The position numbers and the translations under genes were made by a program. Source: Eledone cirrhosa (lineage: Eukaryota). From it: a stretch of 64,000 nt of DNA. The notes under the pieces were generated by a model. It saw only the letters and a program-made list of their open reading frames with translations. It made no database searches and was not told the DNA's origin. Below, one piece after another: positions 61,870 to 64,000 of the stretch. The stretch lies in NCBI GenBank assembly GCA_964016885.1, contig OZ024741.1, positions 248,496,001-248,560,000 of the forward strand, written 5' to 3'. Within the stretch, counting starts at the first letter, position 1. Every line of letters begins with the position of its first letter.

Positions 61870-64000
61870 CGCCAGCCAAGGAGAGATAATATTTAAAAAA
61901 ATCAGGCGGAGATAATTTGTAAAAAAAATCAGGCGGAAATAATTTGTAAAAAAAAATCAGGGGGAGATAATTTGTAAAAAAAAATCAGGGGGAGATAATT
62001 TGTAAAAAAAAATCAGGGGGAGATAATTTGTAAAAAAAATCAAGGGGAGATAATTTCCAGCCGTCCAAGGGGAGATAATTTTCAGCCGTCCAAGGAGAGG
62101 TAAATTCTAGCCGTCCAAGGAGATATAATTTCCAGCCGTCCAAGGGGAGATAATTTCCAGCCGTCCAAGGGGAGATAATTTTTAAAAAAAAATCAGGCGG
62201 AGATAATTTGTAAACAAAAATCAGGGGGAGATAATTTTTAAAAAAAAATCAGGGGGAGATAATTTGTAAAAAAAAATCAGGGGGAGATAATTTGTAAAAA
62301 AAAATCAGGGGGAGATAATTTGTAAAAATAATCAAGGGGAGATAATTTCCAGCCGTCCAAGGGGAGGTAATATCTAGCCATCCAAGGGGAGATAATTTCC
62401 AGCCGTCCAAGGGGAGATAATATCCAGCCGTCCAAGGAGACATATTTTCCAGCCGTCCAAGGAGAGGTAATTTCTAGCCGTCCAAGGGGAGATAAGTTCC
62501 AGCCTCCAAGGGGAGATAATTTCCAGCCAGCCAAGGGGAGATAATTTGTAAAAAAATCAGGGGGGAGATAATTTGTAAAAAAAATCAGGGGGAGATAATT
62601 TGAAAAAAAAATCAGGGGGAGATAATTTGTAAAAAATATCAAGGGGAGATAATTTCCAGCCCTCCAAGGGGCTATAATTTCCAGCCGTGCAAGGGGAGAT
62701 AATTTCCAGCCGTCCAAGGGGAGATAATTTCCATCCTTCCAAGGGGAGATAATTTCCAGCCGTCCAAGGGGAGATAATTTCCCGCCAGCCAAGGGAAGAT
62801 AATTTTTTAAAAAATCAGGCGGAGATTGTAAAAAAAATCAGGGGGAGATAATTTGTAAAAAAATCAGGGGGAGATAATTTGTAAAAAAAAAATCAGGGGG
62901 AGATAATTTGTAAAAAAAAATCAGGGGGAGATAATTTGTAAAAAAAATCAGGGGGAGATAATTTGTAAAAAAAATCAGGGGTAGATAATTTGTAAAAAAA
63001 ATCAGGGGGAGATAATTTGTAAAAAAAATCAGGGGGAGATAATTTGTAAAAAAAATCAGGGGTAGATAATTTTCAGCCGTCCAAGGGGAGATAATTTCCA
63101 TCCTTCCAAGGGGAGATAATTTCCAGCCGTCCAAGGGGAGATAATTTCCCGCCAGCCAAGGAGAGATAACATTTAAAAAAATCAGGCGGAGATAATTTGT
63201 AAAAAAATCAGGGGGAGATAATTTGTAAAAAAAATCAGGGGTAGATAATTTTCAGCCGTCCAAGGGGAGATAATTTCCATCCTTCCAAGGGGAGATAATT
63301 TCCAGCCGTCCAAGGGGAGATAATTTCCCGCCAGCCAAGGAGAGATAATATTTAAAAAAATCAGGCGGAGATAATTTGTAAAAAAAATCAGGGGGAGATA
63401 ATTTGTAAAAAAATCAGGGGGAGATAATTTGTAAAAAAAAATCAGGGGGAGATAATTTGTAAAAAAAAATCAGGGGGAGATAATTTGTAAAAAAAAATCA
63501 GGGGTAGATAATTTGTAAAAAAAAATCAGGGGGAGATAATTTGTAAAAAAAAAATCAGGGGGAGATAATTTGTAAAAAAATCAAGGGGAGATAATTTCCA
63601 GCCGTCCAAGGGGAGATAATTTTCAGCCGTCCAAGGAGAGGTAATTTCTAGCCGTCCAAGGGGAGATAATTTCCAGCCGTCCAAGGGGAGATAATTTTTT
63701 TAAAAAATCAGGCGGAGATAATTTGTAAACAAAAATCAGGGGGAGATAATTTGTAAAAAAAAATCAGGGGGAGATAATTTGTAAAAAAAAATCAGGGGGA
63801 GATAATTTGTAAAAAAAATCAAGGGGAGATAATTTGTAAAAAAAATCAGGGGTAGATAATTTGTAAAAAAAAATCAGGGGGAGATAATTTGTAAAAAAAA
63901 AATCAGGGGGAGATAATTTGTAAAAAAATCAAGGGGAGATAATTTCCAGCCGTCCAAGGGGAGATAATTTTCAGCCGTCCAAGGAGAGGTAATTTCTAGC
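61870..64000 (+). repeat. Near-identical copy of ~33050-35190 (offset 28,818 bp)
   Basis: ORF offsets 33431->62249, 33459->62277, 34020->62838. Both copies carry the rare 8-monomer R cassette followed by S. Confidence 0.85.

Larger units (their letters stand above)
1..64000 (+). repeat. Two-monomer tandem satellite array (26-29 bp type A + 25 bp type B, shared GGGGAGATAATTT core), running off both window ends
   Basis: Every line consists of CAGGGGGAGATAATTTGT(A)nT or CAAGGGGAGATAATTTCCAGCCGTC or close variants, all in the same orientation. No non-repeat interruption seen. Confidence 0.99.

Noticed and set aside
756-63134. About 200 minus-strand ORFs of 60-199 aa (TNYLPLIFF and PLDGWKLS repeats)
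   Set aside because: They are direct translations of 25/27-bp monomers, overlap in multiple frames, mostly start at TTG rather than ATG, and are frameshifted by every A-tract length change. No recognisable domain.
1-64000. CRISPR-like constant core plus variable spacer
   Set aside because: The core is only ~13 bp, the 'spacers' are ~12-16 bp of just two recurrent types rather than unique sequences, and there is no leader or cas gene.
1-64000. Telomerase-made long telomeric repeat (as in ~25-bp budding-yeast repeats)
   Set aside because: Variants are inherited in multi-kb blocks, indicating recombinational amplification rather than templated monomer addition. No chromosome end is visible. 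A subtelomeric location is not excluded.
1-64000. G-quadruplex array from G4-G5 runs
   Set aside because: G-runs are separated by ~21-24 nt, far longer than typical stable G4 loops. Not supportable without experiment.
1-64000. Hidden insertion, inversion or unique island
   Set aside because: Reading through, I found no non-monomer segment and no reverse-orientation monomer (AAATTATCTCCCC on +). A very short one could be missed by eye.
1-64000. Pure sequencing artefact or synthetic concatemer
   Set aside because: Hierarchically shared point variants and nested duplications of different ages fit natural evolution. Individual copy numbers still need read validation.

Overview
The whole 64 kb window is one uninterrupted, head-to-tail satellite DNA array. 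I see no unique sequence, inversion, transposon, RNA gene or credible protein-coding gene. It is built from about 2,400 short monomers (estimate: 64,000 / ~26.5 bp) of two related types. Type A is CAGGGGGAGATAATTTGT(A)7-10T (26-29 bp) and type B is CAAGGGGAGATAATTTCCAGCCGTC (25 bp); both share the core GGGGAGATAATTT. Runs of A monomers alternate with a small vocabulary of stereotyped B cassettes, labelled here P, Q, R and S, each with fixed diagnostic variants. These are nested into higher-order repeats with periods of about 2.0, 2.9, 4.9, 5.7, 6.9, 7.4, 8.8 and 11.9 kb, plus one 28.8 kb-offset copy. Periods were read from recurring identical ORF-track entries and spot-checked in the sequence. 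All listed ORFs are minus-strand by-products of the repeat. The architecture looks like a eukaryotic heterochromatic (centromeric, pericentromeric or subtelomeric) satellite, but I cannot identify the organism or the family. I found no evidence for a new coding system; the interest lies in the array's grammar and its readable recombination history.
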